From positions 5,745,339 to 5,809,338 of the forward strand of contig NC_057749.1 of the NCBI RefSeq assembly GCF_004010195.1: DNA of 64,000 nt. The letters are read 5' to 3'. The translations under genes and the position numbers were made by a program. The notes under the pieces are model-generated. The model did not search any database, had not been told where the DNA came from, and saw nothing but the letters and a program-made list of their open reading frames with translations. Positions 1 through 13,514 of this stretch are shown here, piece by piece. This DNA is from Chiloscyllium plagiosum. Taxonomy: Eukaryota. Within the stretch, counting starts at the first letter, position 1. The number at the start of each line of letters is the position of its first letter.

Positions 1-462
1 GTCTGTAATAATAAACAAAGAACTGGGATTGCTGGAGATCTGAAACAAAAACGGAAATTGCTGGAGAAACTCAGCAGGTTTGGTAGTATCTGTGGAGACC
101 AAGAATAGTTATTATTTCAAGGTCAGTAATCCTTCTTCAGAACTGTTAGCAACTAGAAAAAGATGATGTAAATGCTGACCAGATAGTGAGAGGAGAAATA
201 AAGATAGAGCCCAGAGAGACAGAACAACAGACAGACAGAGGAAGGGCTGAATGATGGTAAGCCAGTCAGAAAGAAAAGCTGGTGATAGGGACCATAAATC
301 AGCGAAGATGAGTTGGATGTGCCTGTAATATGTCTAAATAGGTAGATTAAATATCTTCAATGTTGCTTGCACTTGTGTGACTGCTCCACAACCTTCGGGG
401 GAGCTAGTAAACAACATGAAAATGCAGGACTTTTTTCTCAGTGATCCGGATGGAGGAGAAGG

Positions 463-554
463 GCTGAAGAAGGGCTTATGCCCGAAATGTCGATTCTCCT
501 GCTCCTTTGATGCTGCCTGACCTGCAGCGCTTTTCCAGCAACACATTTTTAAGC
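463..554 (+). mobile_element. 92-bp Penelope pLTR fragment starting at the hammerhead core
   Basis: CTGAAGAAGGGCTTATGCCCGAAATGTCG. 18-bp TSD TCCGGATGGAGGAGAAGG at 445 and 555. Confidence 0.8.
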
Positions 555-761
555 TCCGGATGGAGGAGAAGGTTTGCCAACACATGAAAGTTAAGGGCTA
601 CTCTCAACACTGAAGTCGGGTAGTGAGATTTCCGAATGGGAGATCGATCAGTGATTTTCCTGAGAATGTGTCTGATGTGGTGAGCTACACTGTGATGGAA
701 AACCCGATGCCACAGATTATGCTTTATGCTACGGCTGGAATTCTAAACAATAGTCTTATAA

Positions 762-2345
762 AGTCATCGAGTCATACAGCACAGAGACACCACTTCGGTC
801 AAACCAGTCTATGCCGAACATAATCTCAAACTAATCCCACCTGCCTGCTCCTGGCCCATATCCCTCCAAACCTTTCCCATTCATGTATCCATCCAAATGT
901 CTTTTAAACGTTGTAATTGTACCCGGATCCATCACTTCATCAGGTAGTTCGTTACACACTTGAACTACCCTCTGTGTAAAATAATTTGCCTCATCACTTT
1001 TTAAAATCTCTCTCCTCTCACCTTAAAAATGTGCCCTCTAGTCTTGAAATTCCCCATCTGAGGGAAAAGACAACTACCATCAACTCTATCTATACCTCTC
1101 CTTATTTTATAAACTTCTTTCAAGTCACCTCTCAACCTCCTGCGCTCCAGTAAGAAAAGTCCCAGCCTATCCAGCCTTTCTTTATTACTCCAACCTTGCA
1201 CACCTGGCAACATCCTGGTAAATCTCTTCTGAACCATCTCGACCTTAATAATATCCTTCCTGTAACTGGGCAACCAGAACTGGACACTGTATTCCAGAAC
1301 AGGCCTCACCAACATCCTGTACAACCTCAACATAATGTCCCAACTCTCATAATCAAAGGACTGAGCAATGAAGGCAAGCATGTCAAATATCTTTTTAACC
1401 ACCCTGTCTATATGTGATACAAACTTTAGAGAATTATGTACCTACACCCCTAGGTTCCTCTGTGCTAATACACGACCTAAGGCCCAACCATGAACTGTAT
1501 AAGCCCTACCCTTGCTTGTTATACCAAAATCCAATACCTTGCATTTATCCATCTGTCATTTTTCAGCCTGCTGATCCACTTGATTGAGATCCTTTTGTAA
1601 TCTTAGTAACCTTCTTTACTGTATATTATGCCACTAATGTTGGTGCCATCCACAAACTTACTAATGATGCCTTCTATATTCTCATCCAAATCACTTATAC
1701 AAATGAAAAACAGAAGAGGATCCAGAACCAAACCCTGTGGAACACTGCTGGTCACAGGCCTCCATTCGGAAAAGCAACGCGCCACCAGTCCTCTCTGTCT
1801 CCTGCCATTAAGCCAATTATGTATCCAATTGGCAAGCTCGCCCTGAATCCCATGTGACCTAACTTTACCAATTAGTCTACCATGCAGAACCTTGTCAAAG
1901 ACTTTATGAAAATCCAAACTCTGCCATCATCAATCTTTTTGGTAACTTCCTCAAAAAACTGAATCAAGCTTGTGAGACACGAATTTCCTAGCACAAAACC
2001 ATGCTGACTATTCCTAATTGATTTTTGCCTTGCTAAACGTCCATAAATCCGATCTTTTATTATCACCTCCAACAATTTACCGATAACCGAAGTCAGACTC
2101 ACAGGTCAAAAGTTCTCTGGTTTCTCCTTACAAACTTTCTTAAACAAAGATATAACATTAATCACCCTCCAGTCATCAGGCATCTCACTCCTAGTTACAG
2201 AAGATGCAAATATTTCTACAAGGGGTCTCATAATTTCTTCCCTTACTTCCCAAAGCATTCTGCATACATTAGATCAGGTCCCAGAGATTTATTCTTTAAG
2301 ACCTCCCAAACTTCTTTTTTCTGTAATGTGAACTGTTTCTAAAAC
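762..2345 (-). mobile_element. CR1/HER1 LINE, decayed RT fragment
   Basis: MDFHKVFDKVLHGRL, SVPQGLVLDPLLF, LVRPVLEYSVQFW; frameshifted. Confidence 0.93.
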
Positions 2346-2760
2346 ATTAAAGTTTATTTATCTCCCAAAACATTTTTTTTTGGCAACCTTGCACATTCTG
2401 TTCATGCTCAGCAAGCACGCAGTGTGAGAAGATTTGGGTATTTGCAGCATTACCCATTCGTGCCAGATACTGCACTCCACGCAGCAAGTTCCATGGAAGA
2501 AGAGACATGACTTAAATTCTAAGAATGGAATCTTTATTACAGGCAGGAGATTAAAATCACACTCAACAAAATGGCAGAGTCGAGAAAGGAAATGTGCATT
2601 TTCATCAGGAATAAGCAAGGCTTTGTGATTCTTTTTTTATGCATAGCACAAGTCAGTGTCACAAAACTTTATTAATGGCAAGCCAACATTTTCCAGTGAG
2701 CAAGCAAACCTATAAAACTGAGCAGCAGCAACAACGATTTGAGGTATTCCATTGAAAAAT

Positions 2761-3072
2761 GGGGCAGCACAGTGGTTAGTACTGCTGCCTCACAGCTCCA
2801 GGGACCCAGGTTCAATTCCAGCCTCGGGCAACTGTCTGTGTGGAGTTTGCACATTCTCCCTGTGCCTGCGTGGGTTTCCTCCGAGTGCTCCGGTTTCCTC
2901 CCACAGTCCAAAGATGTGCAGGTCAGGTGAATTGGCCATGCTAAATTGCCCATAGTGTTAGGTGCATTAGTCAGAGGGAAATGGGTCTGGGTGGGTTGCT
3001 CTTCGGAGGGTTGGTGTGGACTGGTTGGGCCAAAGGGCCTGTTTCCACACTGTAGGGAATCTAATCTAATCT
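2761..3072 (+). mobile_element. HE1 (V-SINE superfamily) SINE
   Basis: tRNA-like head with A/B boxes, V-domain gtgtggagtttgcacattctcc, CR1-like tail with (tctaa)n. Confidence 0.9.
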
Positions 3073-3403
3073 TAAATACGGTTTGCTTTTGTAGCTGTGC
3101 TCCTGTCATAAATGTAAACAGCAAAATAAATTTTCAAATATGCTGTGAAGGGCTCCTTATTTATTACATTTGATGTTGTTGCTATTGTGTACAATAGGTG
3201 AGGTACAACTAAAACAAGCCAAAAACAGCAGCATTGTCAACGAGAGGATCAAATGGAAAAGCAAGTCATTTGTTTATAAATAGAATTCAAAAGCAGCTTT
3301 CAGCTGAGTAAAACTATGTGGGAGAAGGTGGATTTTGCATAAGAGTAGTATCCCACTTCTTTGTGTATCTGCACCACTGCAGGTCCAAGTGTGAAAGACA
3401 CAG

Positions 3404-3911
3404 TCTCATAATAGAGATGTACAGCACAGAAACAGACCTTACAATTGACCTCATCCATGCCGGCCAGTTATCCTACATTAATCTACTCCCATTTGCCAGC
3501 ATTCGGCCCATATTCCTCCAAACCCTTCCTATTCATACACCCATTCTTTGAAATGTTCTAATTGTACACCCCTCTACCACTTTCCCTGGCAGTTCATTCC
3601 ATACATGCACCGCCTTCTGCATGAAAAAGTTGACCCTCAGGTCTTTCCCATCACCTTAAACCTACGCCCTCTAGTTTTGGACTCCACTACTCTTGGGGAA
3701 AAGGTCTTGGCTCCCACCCTATCCATGCCTCTCACAATTTTATAAACCTCTGTAAAGGTCACCCTTCAATCTCCGACACTTCAGGGAAAACAGCCCTGGC
3801 CTATTCGGCCTCTCCTTATAGCTCAAACCCTCCAACCCTGGCAACATCCTTCTAAATCTTTTCTGAACCCTTTCAAGTTTCACAACATCTGTCCTTTAGC
3901 AGGGAGACCAG
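3404..3911 (-). mobile_element. CR1 LINE 3' fragment
   Basis: CR1 3' UTR (gatgtacagcacagaaacag) and ORF2 tail. Confidence 0.85.
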
Positions 3912-4968
3912 CTGGTATTAAAGAGGGACAATGTGAGTTCCAGATGCTGCTGTGAGGAGACAGTGGAGTGAAATATAGTCAGCTGGATGTTGTGATGGGC
4001 AGCTACTAGTTCCATAAGAGAAGTAGGCCATTCAGCCCATCGAATGCCCATTCAAAATCACGCTAAGTCATTGATCTCACCACCAGAGTTCCATGCTATT
4101 CAACCTTGTTTTTGAAATCTATCAGTCTCCACCTTGAACACACTAGTGATTGTTTCCACCACTTTTTCAGGTACAGAATTCCAAAGATTCACCTCCCTCA
4201 GGAAAGAAGTCCCACCTCATGCTCAACGGCCTGGTGTTTATTCGGAGATTTTATCTCCCTGGTTTTGGAACCCCAGCCTTGCGTCATCTACTCTATTTGA
4301 ATTTTCAAGAATTTTTGAAGTTTCTGAGACTGCCTCATCCTCAGAAACTCGTGAGAACCTCTCAACTAAGATAGTGCTGCTATCCCGAGAATCTCCGCTG
4401 TGCTCCCTCCAGATATATACAAGTACAGCCTTCCTTAGATAAGGGGAGTAGGACTACACACAACACTGCAGTTGCATTCTCTCCAGATTTTAGATGCAGG
4501 GGCCCTGATTAACATAGGTCTCACGTAATGAAAACTCATACTTACAAACACAATCTCTTATAGGGGTGTAATTTTAAAGATCTGACCACATGGACATTTC
4601 CTGTACTTGTGAATGGCTGCTTTATGTTGTCTTGCACTATTTTGTGACTTACATACAAATCGACTTGCAAACAGATTCAAGAGTGGAACTCGTTCTAAAT
4701 ATGCAGACGGCCTATAGTGCCCATTCACAGAAGGACCTGCCACAGGATTACACCCGAGAAGGGCACAACAGCCCACAGCAGCCTGGCCCACTTTGTCTCT
4801 GCACCTATTGGTGCTGCAAGGAGGCAGACGGGATCAGTTCCAGTATACATGGAAAGCAAAGCAACAATAACCTGGCAATGGTCACCAGCCACTGAGCCCA
4901 TCAACCGGGAGGGAGCTGATGGATCATAGATATCGTAGATTATTGTCAATCATCCTGTTATAATTTCA

Positions 4969-5280
4969 AATCATAAAATCATAGAATCCCTACAGTGTGG
5001 AAACATGCCCTATGGCCCAACAAGTCCACACCGACCCTTCCAAACTGTAATGCGCCTAGCCTACATACCCCTGAACACTATGGGCAATTTAGCATGGCCA
5101 ATCCACCTAACCCGCCCATCTCTGGACTATGGGGGGAAACCAGAGCACCTAGAGGAAACACACGCAGACACGGGGAGAATGCGCAAACTCCACACAGACA
5201 GTTGGCCGAGGGCGGAGTCGAACCTGGATCCCTGGCGCTGTGAGGCAGCAGTGCTAACCACCGACACAGCGTGCCACCCC
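4969..5280 (-). mobile_element. HE1 SINE
   Basis: Reverse complement of the same consensus. Confidence 0.88.
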
Positions 5281-5985
5281 TGAGTAATCCTGAGTTGAGC
5301 TGATAACCTCCCAGTGGGACAGATGTCTACCCCATTGTATTGGAGACCAGGACACATGTTCCGCTGGTCACTTATCTTTGTCAGATCACTCAGACTGCCT
5401 GTAGTGCTTTCATGGTGTGGAAATATAGTACAGAAGGAGGTCATTCAGCCCATCAATTCCATTTCAGGTATCCTCCATTCTGTAATGGTGAGCTCAACAG
5501 CCCAGCTCTGCGCCCATAGCTCATCATGTTTCGTTCACTCCACTGCTCATCCGATATTCTTTTGAAATGGTTGATTGCAACAGCTTCCATTGCTCTCGTG
5601 TCCCTGTTTTGCTAAAAGACTAATGGGTGCATCTTGCACTAAGACAGGAGAAGCTGAGGTCTGGGTAGGCTGCTGGTGGAAGGAGCAGGAAATCTGAGCA
5701 TAATCTAGTGCCCCTCATCCCACATCTTCGCAGTGCCATACAGAGAGAAGAGCTGATATGATGCTTGCTACCCCCACCCAAAACTTAGCCTTCAGCTGGC
5801 TATAACCCTCATCCCTGATTACCACATTCCCTAACCCCACCCACCATTCTTTCTCCTCCTGTTCCCTGATCAGTGCCTGCTCCTGGCCTCTCACCTGCTC
5901 TTGGATTGCTGTAGACCCTGCTGAAAGAGAGGGTACTATATTTCAACACACTCTCCACACAGTACCATCTTCATTAATTATCTTG

Positions 5986-6271
5986 CATAATAAGGGGCAA
6001 GGCATTCAGGACTGAGATGAGGAAGAATTTCTTCACTCAGAGAGTTGTGAATCTGTGAAATTCTCTCCCACAGGAAGTCGTTAGGGGCCAGTTCATTCCC
6101 TATATTCAAGAGGGAGTTGGACCAAGCCCTTCTGGCTAAAGGGATCAAGAGGTAGGGAGAGCAAGCAGGAGTGGGTTACTGAGATTGCATGATCAGATGA
6201 TCAAAATGAATGGTGGTGCAGCTTCAAAGGGCTGAATGGCCTACTCCTGCACCTCTTTTCTATGTTTCTAT
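5986..6271 (+). mobile_element. CR1 LINE 3' end
   Basis: RTEMRKNFFTQRVV frame and tail gctgaatggcctactcctgcacct. Confidence 0.85.
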
Positions 6272-7147
6272 AGCCACCAATGCATTAGATGTGCAATAGC
6301 ATAAAACTAACCACCCCAAACAATAATAAGAACTTTGGTATATATCTGTCCTCTCCCCGCACCACCCTACAATCACAAAAATGGTTCACAAATCTCCCTC
6401 CCATCTGCTTCATATCTAAGTGAGTCCAGGCTGGGATTTTATGCATGTATTTGACACCTTCTCAGGTCAACCTGACTTCAAACATTGCAGTGGCCAATGC
6501 CCTGGACCCATCCTTTGCTCTCTCCAATACAGAAACATGCTCATCAGAATTTTGAAATTTGCTTAAAAAGTTTTCTTTTTTAAAAAAATTAATAACCTTA
6601 TAAATTTAAGGTATTTTGTAAAGGTTGCAATTCCTCACCTCTCTCAATGTCCCCTTTGAGTTGGGTTATGGAATCAGTTTTCAGCATTTTATAATAACTA
6701 TAAGAACGAGGAGCAGGAGTAGACAAGACAATTCAGCCCCAAGTCTGCTTCACTATTTGATACAATTCTGGCTAATCTCACCTCTGCCTCAACTCTTCTT
6801 TCCTGCTCACTCTTCATAATCCTTCAAGCCAGTGCTAATTACCTATCTCTTCCTTAATATCTGAGAAAGCAAATTTCACAGATTCATGACACATTGAGAG
6901 AATTAATTTCTCCTTAAATCTGTTTTAAATCTGCTACCCCTCATCATAAAACTTTGGCCTCTCGTTCCAGATTGCCCCACATGAAGAGACATCTTTTCTA
7001 CATCAGTGAAACAAAGAACTGCAGATGCTGGAAATCAAACAAAAACATAACTTTCTGGAGGAACGCAGCAGGTCTGGCAGCATTTCTGATGAGAAAGTTC
7101 AGTAATCATTGACCCTTCTTCTGCTTTCTCTCCACAGATGTTGCCAG

Positions 7148-8830
7148 AGGAAAAATGAGGTACGAAGGTAAACTGGCCAAGAATATTAAGGAGGATAGTA
7201 AAAGCTTTTTTAGGTATGTGCAAGGCAAAAAAATGGTTAGGACAAAGATTGGGCCCTCGAAGACAGAAACAGGGGAATATATTACTAGGAACAAAGAAAT
7301 GGCAGAGGAATTAAATGGGTACTTCAGATCTGTGTTCACTTGGGAAGACACAAGCAATCTCCCTGAGGTAACAGTGGCTGAAGGACCTGAACTTAAGGGA
7401 ATTTATATTTGCCAGGATTTGGTGTTGGAGAGGCTGTTAGGTCTGAAGATTGATAAGTCTCCGGGGCCTGATGGCCTGCATCCCAGGGTACTGAAGGAGG
7501 TGGCTCGAGAAATCGTGGATGCGTTGGTGATTATCTGCCAGAGTTCAATAGATTCGGGGTCGATTCCTGAGGATTGGAGGGTGGCTAATGCTATACCACT
7601 TTTTAAGAAAGGTGGGCGAAAGAAAGCAGGAAATTATAGACCAGCTAGTCTGACCNNNNNNNNNNNNNNNNNNNNNNNNNNNNNNNNNNNNNNNNNNNNN
7701 NNNNNNNNNNNNNNNNNNNNNNNNNNNNNNNNNNNNNNNNNNNNNNNNNNNNNNNNNNNNNNNNNNNNNNNNNNNNNNNNNNNNNNNNNNNNNNNNNNNN
7801 NNNNNNNNNNNNNNNNNNNNNNNNNNNNNNNNNNNNNNNNNNNNNNNNNNNNNNNNNNNNNNNNNNNNNNNNNNNNNNNNNNNNNNNNNNNNNNNNNNNN
7901 NNNNNNNNNNNNNNNNNNNNNNNNNNNNNNNNNNNNNNNNNNNNNNNNNNNNNNNNNNNNNNNNNNNNNNNNNNNNNNNNNNGTGAGTGGGCAGGTGCAT
8001 GGCAGATGCAGTTTAATGTGGGTAAATGTATGGTTATCCACTTTGGTGGCCAGAACAGGAAGGCAGATTACTACCTAAATGGAGTCAAGTTAGGTAAAGG
8101 GGCAATACAACAAGATCTAGGTGTTCTTTTACACCAGTCAATGAAGGCAAGCATGCAGGTACATCAGGTAGTGAAGAAGGCTAATAGCATGCTGGCCTTC
8201 ATAACAAGAGGAATTGAGTATAGAAGCAAAGAGGTGTTTCTGCAGCTGTACAGGGCCCTGGTGAGACCACAATTGGAGTACTGTGTGCAGTTCTGGTCTC
8301 CAAATTTGAGGAAAGACATTCTGGCTATTGAGGGAGTGCAGCGTAGGTTCACGAGGTCTATTCCTGGAATGGCAGGATTACCTTACACTGAAAGACTGAA
8401 GTGACTGGGCTTGTATACCCTTGAGTTTCGAAGATTGAGAGGGGATCTGATTGAGACGTATAAGATTATGAAAGGATTGGACCCTCTGGCAGTAGGAAAC
8501 ATATTTCCACTGATGGGTGAGTGTCGAACCAGAGGACACAGCTTAAAAATACGGGGTAAACCATTTAGGACAGAGCTCAGGAGAAACTTCTTCACCCAGA
8601 GAGTGGTGGCTGTGTAGAATGCTCTGCCCCAGAGGGCAGTGGAGGCCACTCTCTGGATTCATTTAAGAAGGAGTTGGATAGAGCTCTCAAAGATAGTGGA
8701 ATCAAGGGTTATGGAGATAAGGCAGGAACAGGATACTGATTAGGAATGATCAGCCATGATTATATTGAATGGCGGTGCAGACTCGAAGGGCTGAATGGCC
8801 TACTCCTGCACCTATTGTCTATTGTCTATC
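7148..8830 (+). mobile_element. Relatively young CR1 LINE ORF2 fragment (N gap at 7656-7982)
   Basis: [53 protein letters not shown]. Confidence 0.95.
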
Positions 8831-10516
8831 TGATTTGTCAATCTCCCTGTACCTGGACAGGGAGACGGACTGCTAGACGCATCATGCATCAGATTACAAT
8901 TTTAGCATCCTAGTAATTTGCAGCTAAGGTTGAAAGCCCAATTAATGTCAATAACCACAGGCTGCACCTCTCCAGTACTTTCTGATGCTGTAATATCTTA
9001 CTTTTGGCATTTCAGCACTCCTTTAATATTGCACAGTACTTACCGAATGGAAATTTAAATTAACACCATCCACCATTATTGCAGTGGCTTCAGATTCAGT
9101 ACCTGTCAGCCATGAATGAAGCAAGGCCTGTTTGACAACTTGTCTTTGTTTGTCCAAAACTGGTACACATTTGTTTTCCCTCACATGGAGCAGTAGAATA
9201 GAGGGACTAAATTCCATAGTAGTTACATTTCCTCATTCTTTTATACTTTCTGCAACCGTTGACTTACTTCCTCATTCACAATTGCTCAGAACTGTTCAAA
9301 GGAAAGGTTTTACTTCAGCGTGTTTTGGTTAATTACAGATGGTTCCCTCCCTTGGGAAAATATTTATTTCCCAATAAAGTGGACTCTGGTGCTCCCATTC
9401 CCTCGCTCCGGCACTTTTCGCTCCTGTTCTCTCAAGCGGACAGGTTGGCTTGACAATGATACGTGACCTTGGGAGTACGGTTCAGCAACTTACTTAACCA
9501 CAGCAGCAGACACTTTCAGGTTCAGAATTTGAAAAGCCTGTTTGCACTGTCTTCCAACACAGCAAGCTCCCAGCATTTGCGTTCAGCGTTCATGATCACT
9601 GACTCACGCAAATCATTCTTTGCACCATATTGCGCAGTGTAGTGTCAATGCCAGCCCCTCTGGGGTTTACAGACCACAAGCGTGGACAACATGGGAAAGG
9701 GATTTGAAAATTTGCATGCGAAATTGGAGCTGCACACACAAAACAAAAATGACAAAATACAGCTCTTAAAGCCATAGTATTGTCACGCCAGCAGTATGGT
9801 TCACAGATTATTTTATAGCTACTGAGGCAATTTGTTCCAACTTTTATAAAAGGAATTGATGGAAGATGCTCAGGCAAGAAAGTGGAGAAGCCCTGATCCT
9901 GGCTAAAAGCGAGGAGTGAAAGGCAGATGGTGACAAGGTTTGCCAGTGGGCTGGAATATGGGCCGTTGATGAAGTAATGGTTTGATTCAACATCACAGAC
10001 TTGCTGAGGCTGTGAACAGCCAATGAAAGGGATCATTTTTTAGAGCAGCTAAGCACATCAGGCTTTTGTCTCTTCAACAAATGATTAGTTGTTCCACTGG
10101 GAAATTTTCATAGCAGATTAAAAAGTGTGATTTTCAAATATCCCATTGGTTCCTATTCTAAAACTTGGTGATATTCCTCTGCTCGGCATTCCATGTGAAC
10201 ACCTGGATTTTATTTTTCTGACACAATGAGAGCGGTGACAATATCCCAAACGAGCAACACAAGGTCAAGATATTGAGTGTTCAACTAAGCACGGTCTGCG
10301 AAATGCATTTCCAACCTTGTAGCCTGCACAGGTTCATGTTAAATGAGGTGGTGTGTCTATCTGCTGGATAGCCAACTGCATGAAACAGAAATGAAAATTA
10401 CAGCCTGGATTAAGGTTAGAAACATCCATTAAGAACTTATTCTATTTTAAGAATGGGTACAAATTCAGTGAATTTGACTTAGTGAAATTAAACAAAAGCT
10501 CAAGTTGACTGAAAAA

Positions 10517-10532
10517 TTTATTATTGTTTAAT
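10517..10532 (-). terminator. Candidate REC114 polyadenylation signals (ATTAAA 10532-10527, AATAAA 10522-10517)
   Basis: Hexamers about 200 nt downstream of the stop codon on the coding strand. Confidence 0.5.
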
Positions 10533-10723
10533 GATGGAACAAACTAATGATAAGAAATGAGAACATCGAAGATACATTGACATTGTACTGCAATGGATAT
10601 GTTTGTCAGAAGAAATCCAGACATGAGGTGAGTTAATGAAGATTAATGCAATTAGTAGCAATTCCCTTCAAGTAGCAATCTGGTTATTGTCAACTGGGGA
10701 AAGGCCAAAATTGTTCTGAGTCA

Positions 10724-10885
10724 TTAGTCAATCAGCTTTTTAAGTTCCTGCTCCACCTGTTCCACAAACGCCGGGAAGCTCTGATCCAGCAGACAGAGTC
10801 GCAGGAATGGACCCAGCTCTTCAGTGGTCAAGGCTGACTGCTGGTAGGCCACTGGCAGCTGAGGTGAAGTTGCTCCCAGCATGGA
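10724..10885 (-). CDS. REC114: REC114 last coding exon (SMLGATSPQLPVAYQQSALTTEELGPFLRLCLLDQSFPAFVEQVEQELKKLID*), C-terminal dimerisation/MEI4-binding helices
   Basis: ttcttccctag acceptor and TAA at 10726-10724. Near identity with human EELGPFLRLCLMDQNFPAFVEEVEKELKKL. Confidence 0.96.
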   Translation of the reverse strand, partial: SMLGATSPQLPVAYQQSALTTEELGPFLRLCLLDQSFPAFVEQVEQELKKLID

Positions 10886-10950
10886 CTAGGGAAGAAAAAC
10901 TCATGACAGATTCAAAGTGGTTTTCAAAAGACCCGTCACTGAAGTATGTT

Positions 10951-10973
10951 CTCTCTCTCTCTCTCTCTCTCTC
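10951..10973. repeat. (CT)n microsatellite in REC114 intron 5
   Basis: Seen directly. Confidence 0.9.
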
Positions 10974-11119
10974 GAGCTTCAACGTAAGCTTTGACCAGCA
11001 TGCATATAATATCAAATTAACAAAACCCGAAGTTGAAAAATCAGAAATCAATTTCAAGTTAAAGGAAGGTCAACTGTTAACCTCTTTGTAGGTCAGGCAA
11101 CACCGATTGAGAGAGAAAC

Positions 11120-11325
11120 AGAGTGTTGGTGCTGGAGAATCACAGCCGGTCAGGCAGCATTCGAGGAGCAGGAGAGTCGACGCTTCAGGAATAAGCCCTT
11201 CATCACATTCTTGATGCTCAAAACATCCATTCTCCTGCTCTTCAGATGCTGCCTGGCCGGCTGTGGTTTTCCAGCACCAAAACTCTTCGAGTCTGATCTC
11301 CAATGTCTGCAGTCCTCACTTTTTA
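11120..11325. mobile_element. Inverted (palindromic) Penelope pLTR remnant
   Basis: Arms gtgctggagaatcacagccggtcaggcagcat and atgctgcctggccggctgtggttttccagcac. Confidence 0.72.
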
Positions 11326-11579
11326 TGCAAGAGAAACAGAGTTGATATTGCGTGAACTGAAGGAAGATAGAAATGTTTTAGGTTTTGTACAAGTAAAAGT
11401 GTAAAGAACAAAAAGGAGGAATCCGCCTTTGAGCAGCAGGCAACAGGTTTCAGGGCTCAAAAGGGAAAGAAAGTAATAATGGTTTTGGGAAAGAAATAAA
11501 AGATATATCCAACAAACACAGAATGCTGGGGAAACTCAGCAGGTCGCTCAGCATCTTCAGAAAGAGAAACAAACTTAAG

Positions 11580-11866
11580 ACTCGGGCTACTGTCTCTATG
11601 GAGTTTACACATTGTCCCAGTGTCTGTGTGGGTTTCCTTTGGGTGCTCCAGTTTCCTCCCAAACTCCAAAGACGTGCAAATCAGGTGAACTGGCCATGCT
11701 CAACTGCCCATAGTGCCCAGGGATGTGAAAGGTCATGCACATTAGTCAGGGGTAAATGTAGAGTAATAGGGTAGGGGAGTGGGTCTGAATGGGTTCCTCT
11801 TCAGAAGGTCGGTGTGGACTTGTTGGGCCAAATGGCCTGTTTCCACACTGTAGGGATTCTTCTATT
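11580..11866 (+). mobile_element. HE1 SINE (5'-truncated)
   Basis: V-domain and tail. Confidence 0.85.
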
Positions 11867-13037
11867 CCACGCTTCAAGTCCAGTATGAGTGTTCTTCAGA
11901 AAAGATTTGTCTAAAATTAGTCTGAATGACAGAATTATAAACAGCTGCGTCAGAGAAAAAAAAAGTTGTGAGGAACCAGATTAAGATGACACATGCAAGA
12001 AACAAAATGGGGGAGGGGTGGGTTTACAATCTGAAATTGTTTAATTCAATACTACAGTATGGAAGGCTCAAAAATGCCGAATTGGAAGAGGTGTTGTTCT
12101 TTGAGAGTATGTTAACACTTCATCGGAACACTGTAACAGGCTAAGGACTAAGATGTCCATGTGAGCACATGGACCAGAATTAAAATGGTATGCAACTGGA
12201 AGTTCACATTTTCAGACTGAGTGGGGTGACGCACAAAGCAGTCACCTTAACCTCTGCCTTTGGTCTCCCAACGTGGAGCAAGACATGTGAGCAGCGAATA
12301 CAGTTCAAAAATCGTTAATCAAAACAAGTCCACATAAATTGCTGTTGCATCTGGGATGGCTTGGACAAGGAGAAGGGATGTGGTGAAAGGACTGGTGTTA
12401 CCCCCTCCTTCGCCTGCACAGGAAGGTGCTGTGGGAAAGGAAGTTCTGCTCAGTTCAGCTCCAAAGGAAAGCCTTCAATCTAAAACATTAGCTCTGTTTG
12501 TCTCACCACAGAATCTGAGTTTGAACAGCACGGAAAGTGGTCCTTCAGCCCTGTGCTAGTCATCAAACACCTATCTATTCTAACCCATTTTCCAACACTT
12601 GTCCCGTAGCCTTATATGCTATGGCATTTCAAGTGTTCATCTAAATGCTTCTTAAATGACTAGAGGACTTACCCCCTCTGAAACACTTTTAGATAGTGAG
12701 TTCAAGATATCTACAACCCTCTGGGTGAAAATGAAATCCCTCAAATTCCCTCTAAACTGCCTGCTCCCAATCCTCCTTATCTCCCAATTCATGAATCCAG
12801 ACACATTTATCACTAGATGAAGTCTCAACAGAAGTCACAGATGTGTAGAAATTCTCTCCTTAATGTCATTGAGACAACCCGCTGCAAGTGAACTGCAATG
12901 GATCAAGACAGCAGCTCACCACAACCTTCGAGGGCAACTAGGGATGGGGCAATAAATGCTGGCCAGCCAGCAATGCCCACATCCCACAAAATGAATTTTA
13001 AAAAGGCTCAATTTCATCAATTACTACCAACATTGTA

Positions 13038-13300
13038 AAAATCACACAACACCAGGTCACAATCCAACAGGTTTAATTGGAAGCACGGGCTTTCAGAGCG
13101 CTGCACCTTCATCACGTGGTTGTGGAGTGTAAGGTCGTAAGACACAGAATTTATAGTCCACTTATACTCCACAACCACCTGATGAAGGAGCAGTGCTCCG
13201 AAAGATAGTGCTTCCAAATAAACCTGTTGGACTATAACCTGGTGATGTGTGATTTTTAACTTTGTCAATCCCAGTCCAACACCGGCATCTCCAAATCATG
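13038..13300. mobile_element. Inverted Penelope pLTR (second family) with a hammerhead motif at 13176-13210
   Basis: Long inverted arms; CAC-CTGATGA-A-GGAGC(AGT)GCTCC-GAAA-GA-TA-GTG. 15-bp TSD ACTACCAACATTGTA at 13023 and 13301. Confidence 0.8.
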
Positions 13301-13514
13301 ACTACCAACATTGTACACTTTCCTAGAATACCTGATCTTCAGTCTCCCTCTGTGAATGCATAGCTTCCCAATGGGAGCTAAGGGAAACAACTAACTCTCA
13401 TCCAAATTGAGAAGAATAATACTTCTATTGAATACCTTGCCACATCTCGACTTTTAACAGACAAAGAGTACAAATTTGTGGTAACTAGTTGTGATACAGT
13501 CAAATAATATTTAT

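Noticed and set aside
1..10700. NPTN terminal coding exons expected from synteny
   Set aside because: No neuroplastin-like C-terminal peptide found by eye.
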